DNA of 64,000 nt from Octopus sinensis. Lineage: Eukaryota. Position numbers and translations under genes: made by a program. The stretch spans positions 41,540,001 to 41,604,000 of the forward strand of contig NC_043006.1 of the NCBI RefSeq assembly GCF_006345805.1, given 5' to 3'. A model generated the notes under the pieces. It was not told the origin of the DNA. It saw nothing but the letters and a program-made list of their open reading frames with translations, and made no database searches. Positions 11,921 to 25,618 of the stretch are shown here, piece by piece (position 1 is the stretch's first letter; the number at the start of each line of letters is the position of its first letter).

Positions 11921-12753
11921 CTATTTTTAAATTATTTTTGTTACTATGTTAATAATGATAATGTTGCGGGTAGTGATAGTCTATTGAAGAATAAATAAAC
12001 AAGGGATATAGAAACAGTGCGCGTGTTTATTATTCGTATAATGACCCATCCATTATACATAAAATAATACTGTCTTTATTATTCACAAAACGTTCACACA
12101 CACACACACACAAATTTATAGTATGAACTGTACAGGACGATAGTTACAGGACGATAGTTACATGGAACAGCGTGCAAAAAAAATAACAGAGACATAGAAT
12201 TTCAAACAATGATTAATTTCGAAGGCTACTCATAGAAACCGCTCGACATCACGGTCAGCCTGACCGCTAAGGCAACTGCCTTCTCTCGGTCTATTGGCGA
12301 ATGCTCATTAGTCCAGTTCACTTACCATTTTTATCCACCTTTCTATAAATTTGCAGCACTTCCTGCTTTCCCACCGAGGTCAAACTTGCTTTCATCCATC
12401 CAGAATCGATAAATCGATAAAAGAAAGCCCCACGAAAAACGCCGGGCTCAATATAATTGACTTACCATCCGCGCTTCAAGGCTGCTGGCCTTGTCCCTAG
12501 GTCAGAATTCATTACATTATTATTTTAATTTCCGTTGAGGTCAACTCCGACTTTCATCCTTTCTGTTCAATAAAATAAAGTAACACTCACGAATTGATCG
12601 ATGATTTAATCACCAATAACGGCCCACCACCAAACACACACACACACACACGAAAGAACAAAAAAAAAACACACACATGCACACACACACACACGCACAT
12701 ACACACATACACACACACACACTCATAGAAAATGTGGTTTGTCCCTATGTTAG

Positions 12754-12843
12754 GACGTCCAACAGTAGAAACTATGTCAAAGCAGATATTGGAGCTCGAC
12801 GTAGTTCTTTGCCTCATCGAATCCTGCCAGACTGTCAACCCAT
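12754..12843 (+). CDS. Candidate exon (90 nt)
   Basis: tttgtccctatgttAG acceptor and gtaaga donor. Two frames are open: TSNSRNYVKADIGARRSSLPHRILPDCQP (phase 2) and RPTVETMSKQILELDVVLCLIESCQTVNP (phase 1). Confidence 0.35.
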
Positions 12844-14369
12844 GTAAGAAGGACGCTAATTGACGACGAAGATGATAATGATGACAACGACGGTGCTGAT
12901 GTTAATGATGATGATAATGACGGTGATGATGATGATAAGGAGGGGGAGAATTGTCGTTAATTTTCACGTTGTTATTACTATTGTTATCCCCCCTTTGGAT
13001 GTATTATCTGGTTTTTTTTTTGTTTCAATACTTTCTTAATAGTTTTCTTAATTATATTTCTTTTCTTTTTATTACTTTTGTTATAATTAGCTTAAACTTT
13101 ATATCTTCATTATTATTTTCATTATTATTATCATTATTGCTATTATTGTTGTTGTTGTCATATTTCTGTTGTAAATAGAGGCAAACTAATAAAGTAAACA
13201 AAAACATAAATTTAAGAACCGAGCAAAGATAAAGGTCAAGCAAAGCAAATACAAAGCCTAGCTGAGAGATACATTAAAAAAATAACGGCACATCAAAAGA
13301 CATTCACGGATAAAGAGACAACAACAGTCAGTAATCTGCTAATCTGAGAGAAGCCATATTGGTGAAAAGAGTTTGTCTGAGACTCTTCTGATATTTCTCA
13401 TCTTTTAATGGTCTTTATTAATTCTATATTAGAATGGAGAGTTAATTTTCTTTTTAACTGTGTTAACCTTGTACTTTTCATTGCCTCAGGCTTCTTATTT
13501 GATGCTGCATCGATCTTCTGACATCGCTAATTATATATATAGTAATATTTGGTGTGCTAGAGAAAGATACAGAAAGAAAAGGAGAGAGAATGTGTGTCCG
13601 TGTGTATGTGTACACGCATATATATGAAAATATACAAAACATTAAACATATATATATATGATATGTATGTTTGTTTGAGATAGATTGACTGTAGTATGCT
13701 CATGTAATGTATGCATGTATATGTGTATTATTGAACAAGTGATTAGTTTGAGGGTGTTTTTTGAAAAATAGTTTTTAATTGAATTTTGTTTGAGATTAGA
13801 TCTTTTTGAATGAGGCATTACAAAATCTTTCCAGTGATGTGGCTATGTTTCAAATGTACTTTATTCTCTATCAAGACGAAGTTTTGTTGAGATCTACATA
13901 ACTGCGCACAGTTTTAATGGATATGTGTGTATTGAATGCGAAAGACCGAGAGAGAGAGAGAGAGTCAGCTAGCAAGGCATATATATATATATATATACCT
14001 AGCTAGCTAACTCTCTTTCTCGCTCTTTATATATATATACATACATGCACACATACATAGAGAAGGATAGAAGAGAGGGAGAGACAAGCAGACAGACACA
14101 AAGACACACAGAGAAAGACACACAAAGACACACAGAGAAAGAGAGAGCGAAAGGGAGAGAATTAATGTGAGATACGTAAATAGAATATCGACTGCTTTAA
14201 TATTGTAGCAACACTAGTTTTTATTGAGAATTGATCGGACTCGGCGTATTCATATATATAAATTTGCTTTCAAAGAATTGAACACAGAACTAACACGAAT
14301 ATAATCAATGTAGAAAATCCCGAAACATATAATAGATCAATGTCATAATTGTAAACACCATCTTTACAG

Positions 14370-14450
14370 TGCATGCTTACGATATGTAAATTACTTTTAT
14401 CTTGATCCTGCTTATTTTCAGAATAATTTAATAACTTCCCTGTGCAGCAG
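14370..14450 (+). CDS. Candidate exon (81 nt, phase 2-2)
   Basis: catctttacAG acceptor, CAG|gtcact donor and frame ACLRYVNYFYLDPAYFQNNLITSLCS, lying within a ~80-codon stop-free stretch. Confidence 0.25.
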
Positions 14451-15139
14451 GTCACTGGTGAATAACAAAGACGATGAAGACACTAGAATCATTACTTTTG
14501 AAATAATAGCACGTAATTCATATCAGTCAAGAACCAGAAATAACTCCCCAGATTACAATCTAACGCAGAATGTAATGTACTGTTAAAGTGATAATCCTGA
14601 GAATCCTAATACTCGTATACAACTTATTACAGAGGTCGCTGGTATTTACATATTTAATTGAAAATATCGTTTTATCACGACCCACAATTTTGTCTTCAGC
14701 CAATTTCTTTATTCGTTAAAACTGAAAAACTACGTTTAACAGAAAAGAAAATAAGTCTCCATTCGACATGCGCTGCAACGGAAGGTTACCAGAAACTTTA
14801 ACTTAAGCATCTTACAATACATTCAGTTTTGTCACTTCTTTGTATTTATATCTGCCGATTCTTCATTCATTCATTCATAATATTATTATCTATGAAAATA
14901 TGAATAAATTATCACGCCGCTTGTATTTTAATTTTAATTTCCATCTGATGCTATTTTAAAATTCTCAAATGTGAAAAATATCATTAAATGCAAAACTTCA
15001 TTTAAGTTTTATGTTTTGGGGGGGGGGGGTGAGAGGAATGCAAAGACAACAATAGAAAAATTAAGATCATAAAATATATAAAAAAAAACAATAGAAAATT
15101 AATTATGAGAGCTGTAATTAGTTTAGGTATTTTGATATT

Positions 15140-15192
15140 CGACGCAATTATATTATATATATATATATATATGCGTGTGCGTATACATACAT

Positions 15193-15250
<58 letters not shown>

Positions 15251-15389
15251 ATATATACGCATACACAAGTATATGTACATACTTATATACATATATATGT
15301 ATATAGGTATGTACATGTGTGTATATGTATTTGTATATATATCATATATATATACAAATATATATTTATGTAAATATATATATATATAG

Positions 15390-15422
<33 letters not shown>

Positions 15423-15590
15423 TGTATGTATATATATATATATGTATGTATATATATACGTATGTATATAGATATGTATGTATATATATATGTATGTATA
15501 TAGATATGTATGTATATATATATGTATGTATATATATACGTACGTATATATACGTATGTATATATATATACGTATGTATATATAGCTTCC
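15140..15590. repeat. TA/TATG/GATA microsatellite field
   Basis: Directly visible. Confidence 0.92.
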
Positions 15591-16305
15591 ATGAACACAT
15601 ATTTCATAATTTAAATATGACAACCAGCGAAATGGCTCGAGCTGCAGGCAGGAGGCAATAAATTGCATTATTATTATAAGCCAACGTTTATGCAAAATAT
15701 TGTGTAGGCGTGGGTTCATTAAATACCTGAAAGCAGTATTTCTGAAGCATGGCTAATAACTAATGATGTTTTATTACGGTCAATATATTGCTGAATCAGA
15801 TGTGGTGTGGAATAGCTAGATAACGGGAAGTAGAATTTACAAGGTAATTAAATAAATAACTAATTATAGATACATATGTGTATAAATGTATGTATGAGTA
15901 TATGCGCGTCTGTATGTGTGAGCGTGTGTGGGTGTGCATGGATGATGTATCGCGTATTGTATATGGTTTGTTCCAATTCGCTTAAACATATTCTCACTAC
16001 TACGCACGTCTGCTGTCTGTCTGTCGGTTTTTATCGTATTATCTTTCGTTCTCTTTCTCTTAGTGTTTGTGCTGATCTATTTTTCATTTGTTGTCAGTTG
16101 CTACAAAGAGACACATGCACGCATGCTCGTATATCAAATCTCAGAAACGCTTTCGGTTGTAGGTATATGTGCTTGTATGTGTCTTCGTGTGTGCCAGGGA
16201 TGTACGGCTCTCACTCTCTCTTTCTTTCTTTCACTGTGTGTCTCTCTGTTTATCTGTCTCGCTATCACCTCTATATGTTTGCTTCCTCCTCTCTCTCTGT
16301 CTCTT

Positions 16306-16362
<57 letters not shown>

Positions 16363-16375
16363 TATATATATATAC

Positions 16376-16466
<91 letters not shown>

Positions 16467-16929
16467 TATGATAAAATTCTATTCAGAAAGTTTATCGGCG
16501 ACCAGCATATGAAAAATACCTTTTACGGTGAAAATTACAAATACAGTTATAAATAAGGGTAATCCCCGCCCCTCCTCTCCCCCCAAAAATTGTGTTCATC
16601 GCTGATGAAGGAAGAATCTTCTTGGGATTAATCTAGAAATCAGAACCGATTCGGGGATAACTATATTTTAAAAAAAAACCTGTTAGCCTGCTTTCGATAT
16701 GTGCTGTAATTATACAAGTAAATAATTTATGTGGTTAGACGATTTAGCGTCTATTTTCAGCATAGTGGCAAAGAAAAAGTTTCTTTTGGCTTTATATATA
16801 TGTATATATATATATATATATATACACACACATATATTTTAAAAATTCGTTTATGATAAAGTTAAGGATATGCAAATAAAGATCCTATTTCATAATGCCA
16901 GTTACTGATCCCAGAAATATTGCCATTAT

Positions 16930-17400
16930 CAGTGGCGGAGCCAGGGTAAAGCGCGACCGGAACGAGCCGCAAAAATGCGCCCATTACAAAATCCGTAGTT
17001 ATATATATAGTACTTATTTGTTACAAGGAATTAATATTTTAAACATTTACCTGCCAGTTCGGTACAGCCTGTAATTGAAAATAAATTTGTTGAATGTTTA
17101 CTCTTCCGAAACCTCCTTATTTTAACCGTTTAATGCACCGGCTCCTGCGATTGGAACATTAAAAAACCTAATGTGTGAACCATGTTTACAAGGGGATTTT
17201 TAGAAAGAAGAATAAAAAATTGTTCAGAATTACAGAGAAGACAGAATTCCTTGCTATTATCAGAAGGTATCGAAATTGAGAGAATCAACCACGCTAAATT
17301 AAATTGCTTATTGTGGTCTTTTGGATACCAAATTAATTTACTAAGCTCTGTGCTGTTACGTTTATTCCTATCCCTAAATTTATATCCTTACAACTAGATT
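16930..17400 (+). mobile_element. Possible hAT-like DNA transposon relic
   Basis: Starts CAGTGGCGGAGCCAGGG (TIR-like). Downstream ERRIKNCSELQRRQNSLLLSEGIE loosely resembles the hAT C-terminal dimerisation motif. No matching second TIR was found. Confidence 0.3.
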
Positions 17401-17489
17401 TCATATCTCCATTACTAAAGGTAGAATAAGATTAAATGGAATAAATGTAGGTAACCTCCTCTGTATAACCTGCTTTAAGGCAGAGTTAT

Positions 17490-17950
17490 AAAATTCGGCC
17501 TTATCGTTGAAACTTAGACAATCTAAATGAAATATTATTAACTAAAGTCCTAGTAATTGCCCTAGAATAATTAATGAATTTGCTAATATACTTAAGATTG
17601 GTCGATGGTTTGTGGTATGGGAAGTACCAATTATTGTGTAAGTTAAGTGTAATATCTAAAAAGCTGGCCTTCGTTACATCATCAAAAATTATGCTTAAGC
17701 ATATTCTACGGAAAAACTTAACTAAACTATTCCTAACTTTTTCTAGTTTTTGGTCGGAAACATTTTGAAGGTAAAGTAAATAATCATCACGATATAGATC
17801 TCCATTTTTGTTAGGGAACTGTTCTGCCACTTCAAAAAGTATATATATATACAGACATAACCAGCTACTTGTGCTGAATCAGAACTTCCCATTGTAACAT
17901 AAAAACCACCTGGTGTGTCTTTACAGACCCACAACGTATTGTCCCTCATG
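17490..17950 (-). pseudogene. Penelope-like element reverse transcriptase fragment (Naiad-like)
   Basis: FYVTMGSSDSAQV, LYRDDYL (YxDD), FLDITLNL and PYHKP motifs in ORFs 17743-17949 and 17501-17830. Frameshifted. Confidence 0.85.
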
Positions 17951-18129
17951 CTCTCTCTTGTCCGTCATCCTCTCTCTTGCCCCCTTTCCTCAGCCTGTTT
18001 GCTCCCACGTGACTACAGGCCATTTCTCTAACCCCTGTCTTTTCTAGATGCGATGCCCATTTCGCTGGACGTCAATTTTATCGCCTTGTCCACTAAGTTT
18101 TTACTTATATATATATATATAACATTTTG

Positions 18130-18320
18130 GCGCAAGGCAAGCAATTGGTTGTGAGGGTTATTCAACAACATCAACCCCGGTGCTGAACTGGTACTTAATT
18201 TTATTGACCCGAATACAGGAAAGGCAAAGCTGACCTCCGCAGTATTTGAACCAAGGACTTAAAGACCCGAAAGATATGCCTCAAAGTATTTTGGCCGGTG
18301 CGGTAACGATTATACCCAAC
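18130..18320 (-). mobile_element. tRNA-SINE family 2 (Meta-domain-like), degenerate
   Basis: Reverse complement of the gcctttcatcctttcggggtcgataaattaagtaccag core. Confidence 0.7.
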
Positions 18321-19640
18321 AGACTATAATTTTTCAATAAATTGAAGATTAAACCGAAAATAACATTTAATTATAACTTTACGACGTTTCTTTATGAGTC
18401 TAATTATAAATTAAATGCGATAATTAATTAGAATTTGAAAATTATATCCAACAAATTCCTTGTGATAATTATTATTTGTGTCTACCGGTGTTTTCTCAGG
18501 TCAGCGATTATCTTGCACTACATGCCGACGTATACATCTATAGCCAATAGGTAAAAGGGCGAGGTTGAGACTAGATCTTTTAGTGTAATACATCTTGTTT
18601 CCCAAAGTCAATTTTAGCTGCAGCTGTATTTCTCGACAATTTTTGTCCACTGCGATGTTCCAAAAGAGTTTCGGTTCACCATGTACATCTGCAGGAATTG
18701 AATGTGCCCTGAGAAGGACAAATGAGAGAGACTCGTGAGAGAGAGAACTTTACAAGTATGAGGATCTGTACGGTAGTGCAGAAACCAGATAGGCAACTGA
18801 AGTAGGGTGCAGAGGAACTATAAAGTGTTCATTCTGCAATGATCGAACAAGGCTTAAGGTTCAAGAAGCAAAACCTCCTCCATATTTGGAGCCACTCCGT
18901 AGCATATCCGACAACCAGGTGCTTGTGAGTGTCCCCACCTGTGAATACATAGTTGGCACAATATCGGCTATATCTAATCGGTGAGGTTTAGTTTCTTCTA
19001 TTAATTTCTGATCTTTATCCGTACAGGTGGTGTCATTATATTTCCATGCTGGGTCCTTTTCGGAGCACTAGGACACCCATCTTTTTCCCCCCACACTACA
19101 ACCCGCCCCCGCCCGCAACAAAGTGCTGATGACCTAGCGGTAGATCAAGAGGAGCCCTGTATAATATCCATAGTCTAAGTTACAGACGCTTGGGAATCAG
19201 GACGGGAACTATAATGCAACCTTATAGATGAGGTACTTGAGCTGGCTACCCAACAAAAGCTCCTCGGAAATAGACAGGGGGGAGATCTGTGTGAGTGAAT
19301 GGATAGGCTACAGAATTTGGACACCTCGCTCAGAAATTGATCATTGGAGTGATGAGGAGCCACGTCAAACGAAGTGCTTTCTATAAAAAAATAAAACAAC
19401 CCCCGGTTCAGGAGTCCAAACAGAACAATCTTGACATCATGAGTGTAAAACCCAAACAGCAAAACCACGAGCTTTCATAAACAAAAATTTATATACATAC
19501 ACACACACGTGTGTGTGTGTGCGTTATAAAAACAGCAGACTTGCACACACGCACACACACACATATGCAAGTGTACGCATACATATGTGTGTGTGTTTGA
19601 TTGTACACAAGTATTATAATATATATTTATGTATGTATGT

Positions 19641-19701
<61 letters not shown>

Positions 19702-19764
19702 CACTATTTTACTTCGATATATATATATATATCTTTTAGAGAGACTTAGTTATTTTAATATTTC

Positions 19765-19810
19765 TATTATTGAAAACAAGTGGATGTATTCCACCGAAAC
19801 TAGGTAAATA
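19765..19810 (+). ncRNA. Degenerate hammerhead-like motif (UUGAAAA core)
   Basis: TTGAAAA-caa-GTGGA-tgtat-TCCAC-c-GAAA-CTAGG-TA. Stem II is good; the junction and stem I are imperfect. Confidence 0.4.
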
Positions 19811-19858
19811 AAACCATCGAACAGAGATTGTCGGAAGCGACACCTACTGGCTGGCTAC

Positions 19859-19900
19859 GCTGCATTGAAAAGGGGCAATACTCCGAAACGCGTCTGTAGC
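19859..19900 (+). ncRNA. Minimal type I hammerhead ribozyme with U3-A8 variant core
   Basis: GCTGCA-TTGAAAA-GGGG-caata-CTCC-GAAA-CGCG-TC|TGTAGC gives a 6-bp stem I, a 4-bp stem II, palindromic stem III ACGCGU and a GUC cleavage triplet. Confidence 0.75.
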
Positions 19901-20084
19901 TGCCGGTCAAGTAGTGTGGAGCGACTGACCTCCCTTGTTCGAAGGTTATATGGATACAGTTTGTGTATCAAATAGCTAACTTAAGGCGATGGCCTCATGG
20001 AGCTAATAAGCGGACAGCTTTTTTCTTATTTTTATAAGAATGCCATATTAGTATGGCGATAACTATTATATATATATATATATG

Positions 20085-20235
20085 GCAGAATCGTTAGCAG
20101 CCTGACAAGATGTTTAACGGTATATTTTCCGCATTTACATTCTGAGTTCAAATTCTACCGAGTTCACCTTAGCCCTTTATCCATTCGTGGTCAATAAAAT
20201 AAACACTCGAGCACAAGGGTCAATGTAACCGACTC
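20085..20235 (+). mobile_element. SINE family 2 (Meta-like)
   Basis: ggcagaatcgttagc...gagttcaaattc...tcaataaaataaac. Confidence 0.75.
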
Positions 20236-20520
20236 GAGATATGCCAACACTAACACTCTCAATTTGGCCTGCGATTCCTTTGACATCTGACGTGTGGCTC
20301 CCCTTCTCAACCTGTACAAGCAATGGCGATTTGATGGAGGATGGTGCTAATATACATCACAATTATTTGATGACTATAAACAAATTATGTGTGTAATTTG
20401 TTCTTCAAGTAATTGCAGAATCCTCATCCGTCGTTTACGACGTGGGAGTCAAACATTTGTCTATATCTATCAAGCTGTATATGTATATTTTTATGTAAGT
20501 GTGTGTGTATATATAAACAG

Positions 20521-20566
<46 letters not shown>

Positions 20567-20640
20567 GGAGCGAGATAGCTTTAGGTGTTTTTTATGTATG
20601 AATGTATGTATGTAACAGCCGGCCTGGTTGTATGGTAAGA

Positions 20641-20850
<210 letters not shown>

Positions 20851-20856
20851 TGTGTG

Positions 20857-21130
20857 GGCACATGGCCTGGTGGTTAGAGTGTTGGACTCACGATCTAGCA
20901 ACCTTGATTTCAATCCTAGCCGTGTCGTGCGTAGTGTTCTTGAGCAAAACACTTTATCTCATATTGCTCTGCAATCACTTCGACACCTCTCACCTGATCA
21001 GACAACGTCAATTTGAAGGAGGGAGTGAGCTAATGTACAGCTGATACATTTGATCACTATAAACATACTTTGTGCAGGTCGTTTGACCTAAAATTGAACG
21101 TTCATACGGCGTCTTCCGTAGGAGAGACCA
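20857..21130 (+). mobile_element. tRNA-SINE family 3
   Basis: Head ggcacatggcctggtggttagagtgttggactcacgat and the ttcttgagcaaaacactttat core shared with 60641 and 63627. The 3' part is shared with 56590-56780. Confidence 0.75.
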
Positions 21131-21324
21131 TCCTGTGTGTGTGTGTGTGGATTAATTAAAGCATACGGTGTTAAGAGCCATTTCAGCTGATCTTACCAAT
21201 CGGTTTCCTACTGTGTTGGCTGATATGGATCTATAATACTGTATATTTTAATATAGTAGCGTTACTAACATTATTTTCAGTGATATTGATATTTGTGCAA
21301 TATTATTCATTGCATCAAGCATGA

Positions 21325-21720
21325 GCTGGCGAAATTGTTTAGCAAGCCAAGCAAAATACTAAGTTGCGTTTCATCCGTCTTTACGTTCTGATCCCAAATT
21401 CCGCCGAAGTCGATTTGCCTATCGTATCTTTTGGGGTCGACAATATCAGTACCACTAAAACACTGGGGTCGATGTGATAGGCTTTTCCCCTCCTGTGAAA
21501 TATTTGGTCTTGCGTCAAAATTTGAAAGCAATCATACTTATTGCATCAGGCAGCGAGCTGCCTAAATCGTCCGTCGCTCCGTTTTGAGTTTAGATTCCGA
21601 CGAGGTCGACTTTGCCTTTCCTACTTCAGGGATCGATAAAATAAGTACCAATCAAGCTTTGAGGCCTATGTAATTAACTAACTTTTTCCCTGTAAATTGC
21701 AGGCCGTGTTTCCCAAATTG
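21325..21720 (+). mobile_element. Tandem doublet of SINE family 2
   Basis: Two head-to-tail copies (gagctggcgaaattgtt... and gcgagctgcctaaatcg...). Confidence 0.8.
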
Positions 21721-22299
21721 TAAACCAATATTATTTATTGCATGAAAATAAACTATAATAGTGTATATAAATATTTAGCATTACTTCCATCGTATCGAAG
21801 TGCTCCATTTGTATTCCATGAGTAAAGTAATTCATTCAATATTTACAAAGCATTGAGAGTTTCTACGGTGTAATTTGATTATAATGATACAGTTACCAAT
21901 TGACGAGTAATTTTGTTAAAATTCCTTTAATGAAGACTTTATACTGGACCACGGTTAGTGACCTGCAGTGATTTTACGTTTATTCAATATTCTCGTATTG
22001 AAAGGTAAACGAGTTATTGCAGAGAAGGTTTTCACCTGATTAGTCCTAATTCAAAAACCCTTAGGTCATTTGATATTGCTGCCAGAAAAACACTCTATGA
22101 CATATTGTTTAATTTATTTGATCACGTTATCATGTTGCTGCGACAAGACGGGTGCACGCCATTTCATACACAAATACGCACGGCGTCACACTCATATGGA
22201 TTTATGCTTCGTTTTATGTATAGTTATACATAAATGCATTTATGCCTTTGCACAGCTTCTAACGCTGGATATGTACTACGGTGTCAGCTGTACAGTGAA

Positions 22300-22517
22300 C
22301 TAAGGCAACACCTGATATTTTTCTAGCACCTTCCGGAGTATTCGAGTGGTTCCAAGCAGTGCTGTTTTCTGCAAGTGCTCCACCCTTATTGCAGCCCCTA
22401 TTTGTTCCATGTACTTCTCAAGATTTTACTCACTGTTCCCAAGGCTCCGACAATTATTGGTAATACTACCACCTTTCTCCTCGACCAGAATGGTTTAACC
22501 TCCCAAGCTAAACGGTC

Positions 22518-22519
<2 letters not shown>
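22300..22519 (-). pseudogene. R4/Dong-like non-LTR retrotransposon C-terminal (RLE) fragment
   Basis: Minus-strand translation gives YDRLAWEVKPFW...VVVLPIIVGALGTV and LQKTALLGTTRILRKVLEK, typical of R4-clade ORF ends. Confidence 0.75.
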
Positions 22520-22573
<54 letters not shown>

Positions 22574-22588
22574 GTTATCATTATTATT

Positions 22589-22623
<35 letters not shown>

Positions 22624-22659
22624 CATCATTATATCATTATTATTATTATTATTATTATT

Positions 22660-22703
<44 letters not shown>

Positions 22704-22750
22704 TATTATTATTATTAATAGTAGTAGTAGTATTGTTGTTGTTGTTGTTG
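22519..22750. repeat. (TAT)n/(CAT)n/(GTT)n microsatellites
   Basis: Directly visible. Confidence 0.95.
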
Positions 22751-23880
22751 TTTTTATTTCAGCCATTTCAACGGTCTGTCTCTGCTTCCCTAAAGCTGTT
22801 CTAAGTATGACAAGATATAACATTTTAGATATTATCTCACTTCGTTGATTACGGTACGTTTTGCAATACAAAGCCTGCTGTATACTACATAGAATAACAA
22901 AGTGTGGTATTTAAACTCTTCTTAAGTTTATTTACTGTGGTATTTTTCTGTTGGCTCACGTCCAACATTGAGGCTACATCTTGAATTTGTCTCATCACCT
23001 GCTTATTTTCTTTGTTCTGCTATTAGAAACAGTCCAAATCATCCTCATCGATAATCTATTGTAGATCAACGTAAAGTCCATTCGCTGAAAAATAATATTT
23101 GTTTTATATTGGTTATATGTCATGTGTTATCATGTGTTCGTTGTTAATGAACTCCCATCCCCTATAGATACATATGTCGGTGAGTAAGAGTGTGTGGGTG
23201 TGTGGTGATCGCTTAAATAGATAGTTACACGCACACACATATATGTGTGCGTGTTCATGCGTGTGTGTGTCAATGTGCTTGTATCTGCGTATTTGTGTTT
23301 GAATGTTCGTGTATATATGTCAACGTTTGTGTCTGTACGTTAGCTATATTAATTTTTTTTATATGAATATAACATTTTATGTGCATAGCTGACAAATACG
23401 TGTTTATATATATACCCACAAACACACAAACACACACACACGTGTGTGTGTGTGTGTTCAGAATACGTGGGTACACGGTAGCTCGTGAATGTAAGTTTAT
23501 GAAAAAAATATTCAATAGTGATGACGTAGGCGGGAAAGTAAATTATATATCGCAGCTGTTTCCGAAAGGTTTAGAGAAAAATAAATATATCAACCGACCA
23601 AATTAGACACGGAAACTCACATCGATACAACCACAGATTCGAAGCACAAACACGTTTAGAATACTTCATGTGTATGTGTGTGTATGTACGTATGTATGTT
23701 ATGCATTTGTGTGTGTGTGTGCGAGAGGGAGAGAGAGGAGAATACGTATGCGTGTATGTAGAAAGGAGCGAAAGCAGGAGGGAAGAGCCCGCAGTATACG
23801 TCGTGGCGTTTAGATACTTTTGTATGTATATACATATCTATATATATATATATATATGTGTGTATATATGTATGTATATA

Positions 23881-24925
23881 CATTGGTCAAAATTTCACAG
23901 ACGTCAAAATAACCTCCTACCGCTCAGATACCAATGTGTTAAATGCTTGGAAAGCCACGCATCCAAAAGAAAGATTGTTTGTTATTGGATGGTGTGTCTC
24001 TATTTGTCAGTTACTATAACATGATGGGGCTATTAGATTGACGACAGATATGTATTGCTGGGGCCACCAGACGTTGATGAGTGACTGCTCTGATGAATGA
24101 GCAACAACTCGTACGACAGAAAGGACTCGTCAGTGTTGTATGAAAGTTCAGTCTTTTTGTTGATTGATACAGTCGTCTGTTGCAATAAGTACAAAGTCTC
24201 CAACAGAATGAAATAACGGTACACATTTCTGGTGTGAATATGGAGACAACTTGTCAACTACGCTCCAGGCTATACTGGGAAATTCAACAAGCTAACGCTA
24301 CGATGAAAAGGCGAAAGGAAGCCGAGTCCTGCTGGTCTCTGAACCCGAAGGACAGTATATGCTGAGTGGAATTTCCTTTCAGTCTTTGAAAGTGTGTGCT
24401 TTGAATTTTGATTTTCCGTAACGGATAAAGATATTGGCTGGTCAGATAAGTGGCTTTCTTCTTGCTGCTCTTTCATAGTAACCAAGCTTGTAAAGATAGC
24501 TGGCAGCTGTTCTATGCCTGACAAAAACGTGTTCTGCTAAGTCACAGGCCTTATAACGAGGATTATCCTTCATATTTCTATTAACAAAGAGAAGGGTCCT
24601 TTTAGAGAGATCTGGTCAACCTCGGCGAGAGGATATGGAATCTTTCCCATCTCTGGTAAATTTGACAATCACTGTATTAAATGTAGAAAGTGGAATTCCA
24701 AGGTTTTTTGCGATTTTACGTTAACTACGTCCACCTTCGGATTGACCCACATTCCGGCCTCTTTAAAATTGAGGCGGTTCCATGACTTCTTTTTTCGTGG
24801 CATGATTAAACAGTCACACACAGAATCTGAAACATAAAAATGTCAATTCATAAAAAGTATAAACCCTTACAAGTTAGAATAAACATAGAACAATGTGTTA
24901 TGGCGCGTCTGTTTACTTACGTCAT
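23881..24925 (-). mobile_element. Degenerate Tc1-family transposon
   Basis: Minus strand encodes [31 protein letters not shown] and YLYKLGYYERAARRKPLI with stops and shifts. The left end is TA|CATTGGTCAAAATTTCACAGACG; the right TIR is degraded. Confidence 0.75.
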
Positions 24926-25104
24926 GTCTGTGTAGTTATAGTTGAATGACACTGGGACAAAACATGAATTTGAATGTTTTTATAATATTAGAGAACCAGC
25001 AGCTTAAAAAATCGAAATCCTTGCTAAATATTATAAAAAAATCTACCTGGGGCAATATGTATAAATGACTTGTAAATAAATATTCCACTCCCAAATACTC
25101 TCTC

Positions 25105-25530
25105 TTTACTCTTTTATTTTTACTTATTTCACTCATTTGACTGTGGCCATGTTGGAGCACCACCTTTAGTCGAGCAAATGGACCCCAGGACTTATTCTTT
25201 GTAAGACTAGTTCTTATTCCTTCGGTCTCTTTTGCCGAACCGGGGACGTAAACGCACCAGCATCGGTTGTCAAAGCGATGTTGGGGGACAAAGACTGACA
25301 CACAAACATATACACATATACCCACACATACATATATATAAATGTATTTATATATATATATATATATATACGATGGGCTTCTTTCAGTTTCCGTCTACCA
25401 AATCCACTCACAAGGCTTTGGTTGGCCCGAGGCTATAGTAGAAGACACTTGTCCAAGGTGTCACGCAGTGGGACTGAAACAGGAAACATGTGGTTTGTAA
25501 GCAAGCTACTTACCACACAGCTACTCCTGC
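25105..25530 (-). mobile_element. SINE family 1, full length
   Basis: Reverse complement of the full family sequence, with internal TA/CA repeat. Confidence 0.92.
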
Positions 25531-25618
25531 TATATACCTACGTAAACGCATTTGCGAGTGATCGTCTATTTCGGATAATACAAGCTCATTTATACATCCT
25601 TTTTCTGACACTAAACAG

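Noticed and set aside
18616-18960. Frame with CSFC and KPPPYLEPL reminiscent of a Helitron Rep N-terminus
   Set aside because: Two in-frame stops and only a vague motif match, with no Helitron ends seen.
22900-23090. Minus-strand IIDEDDL...RQIQDVASMLDVS resembling a mariner HTH
   Set aside because: Too degenerate, with multiple stops and no TIR, to call.
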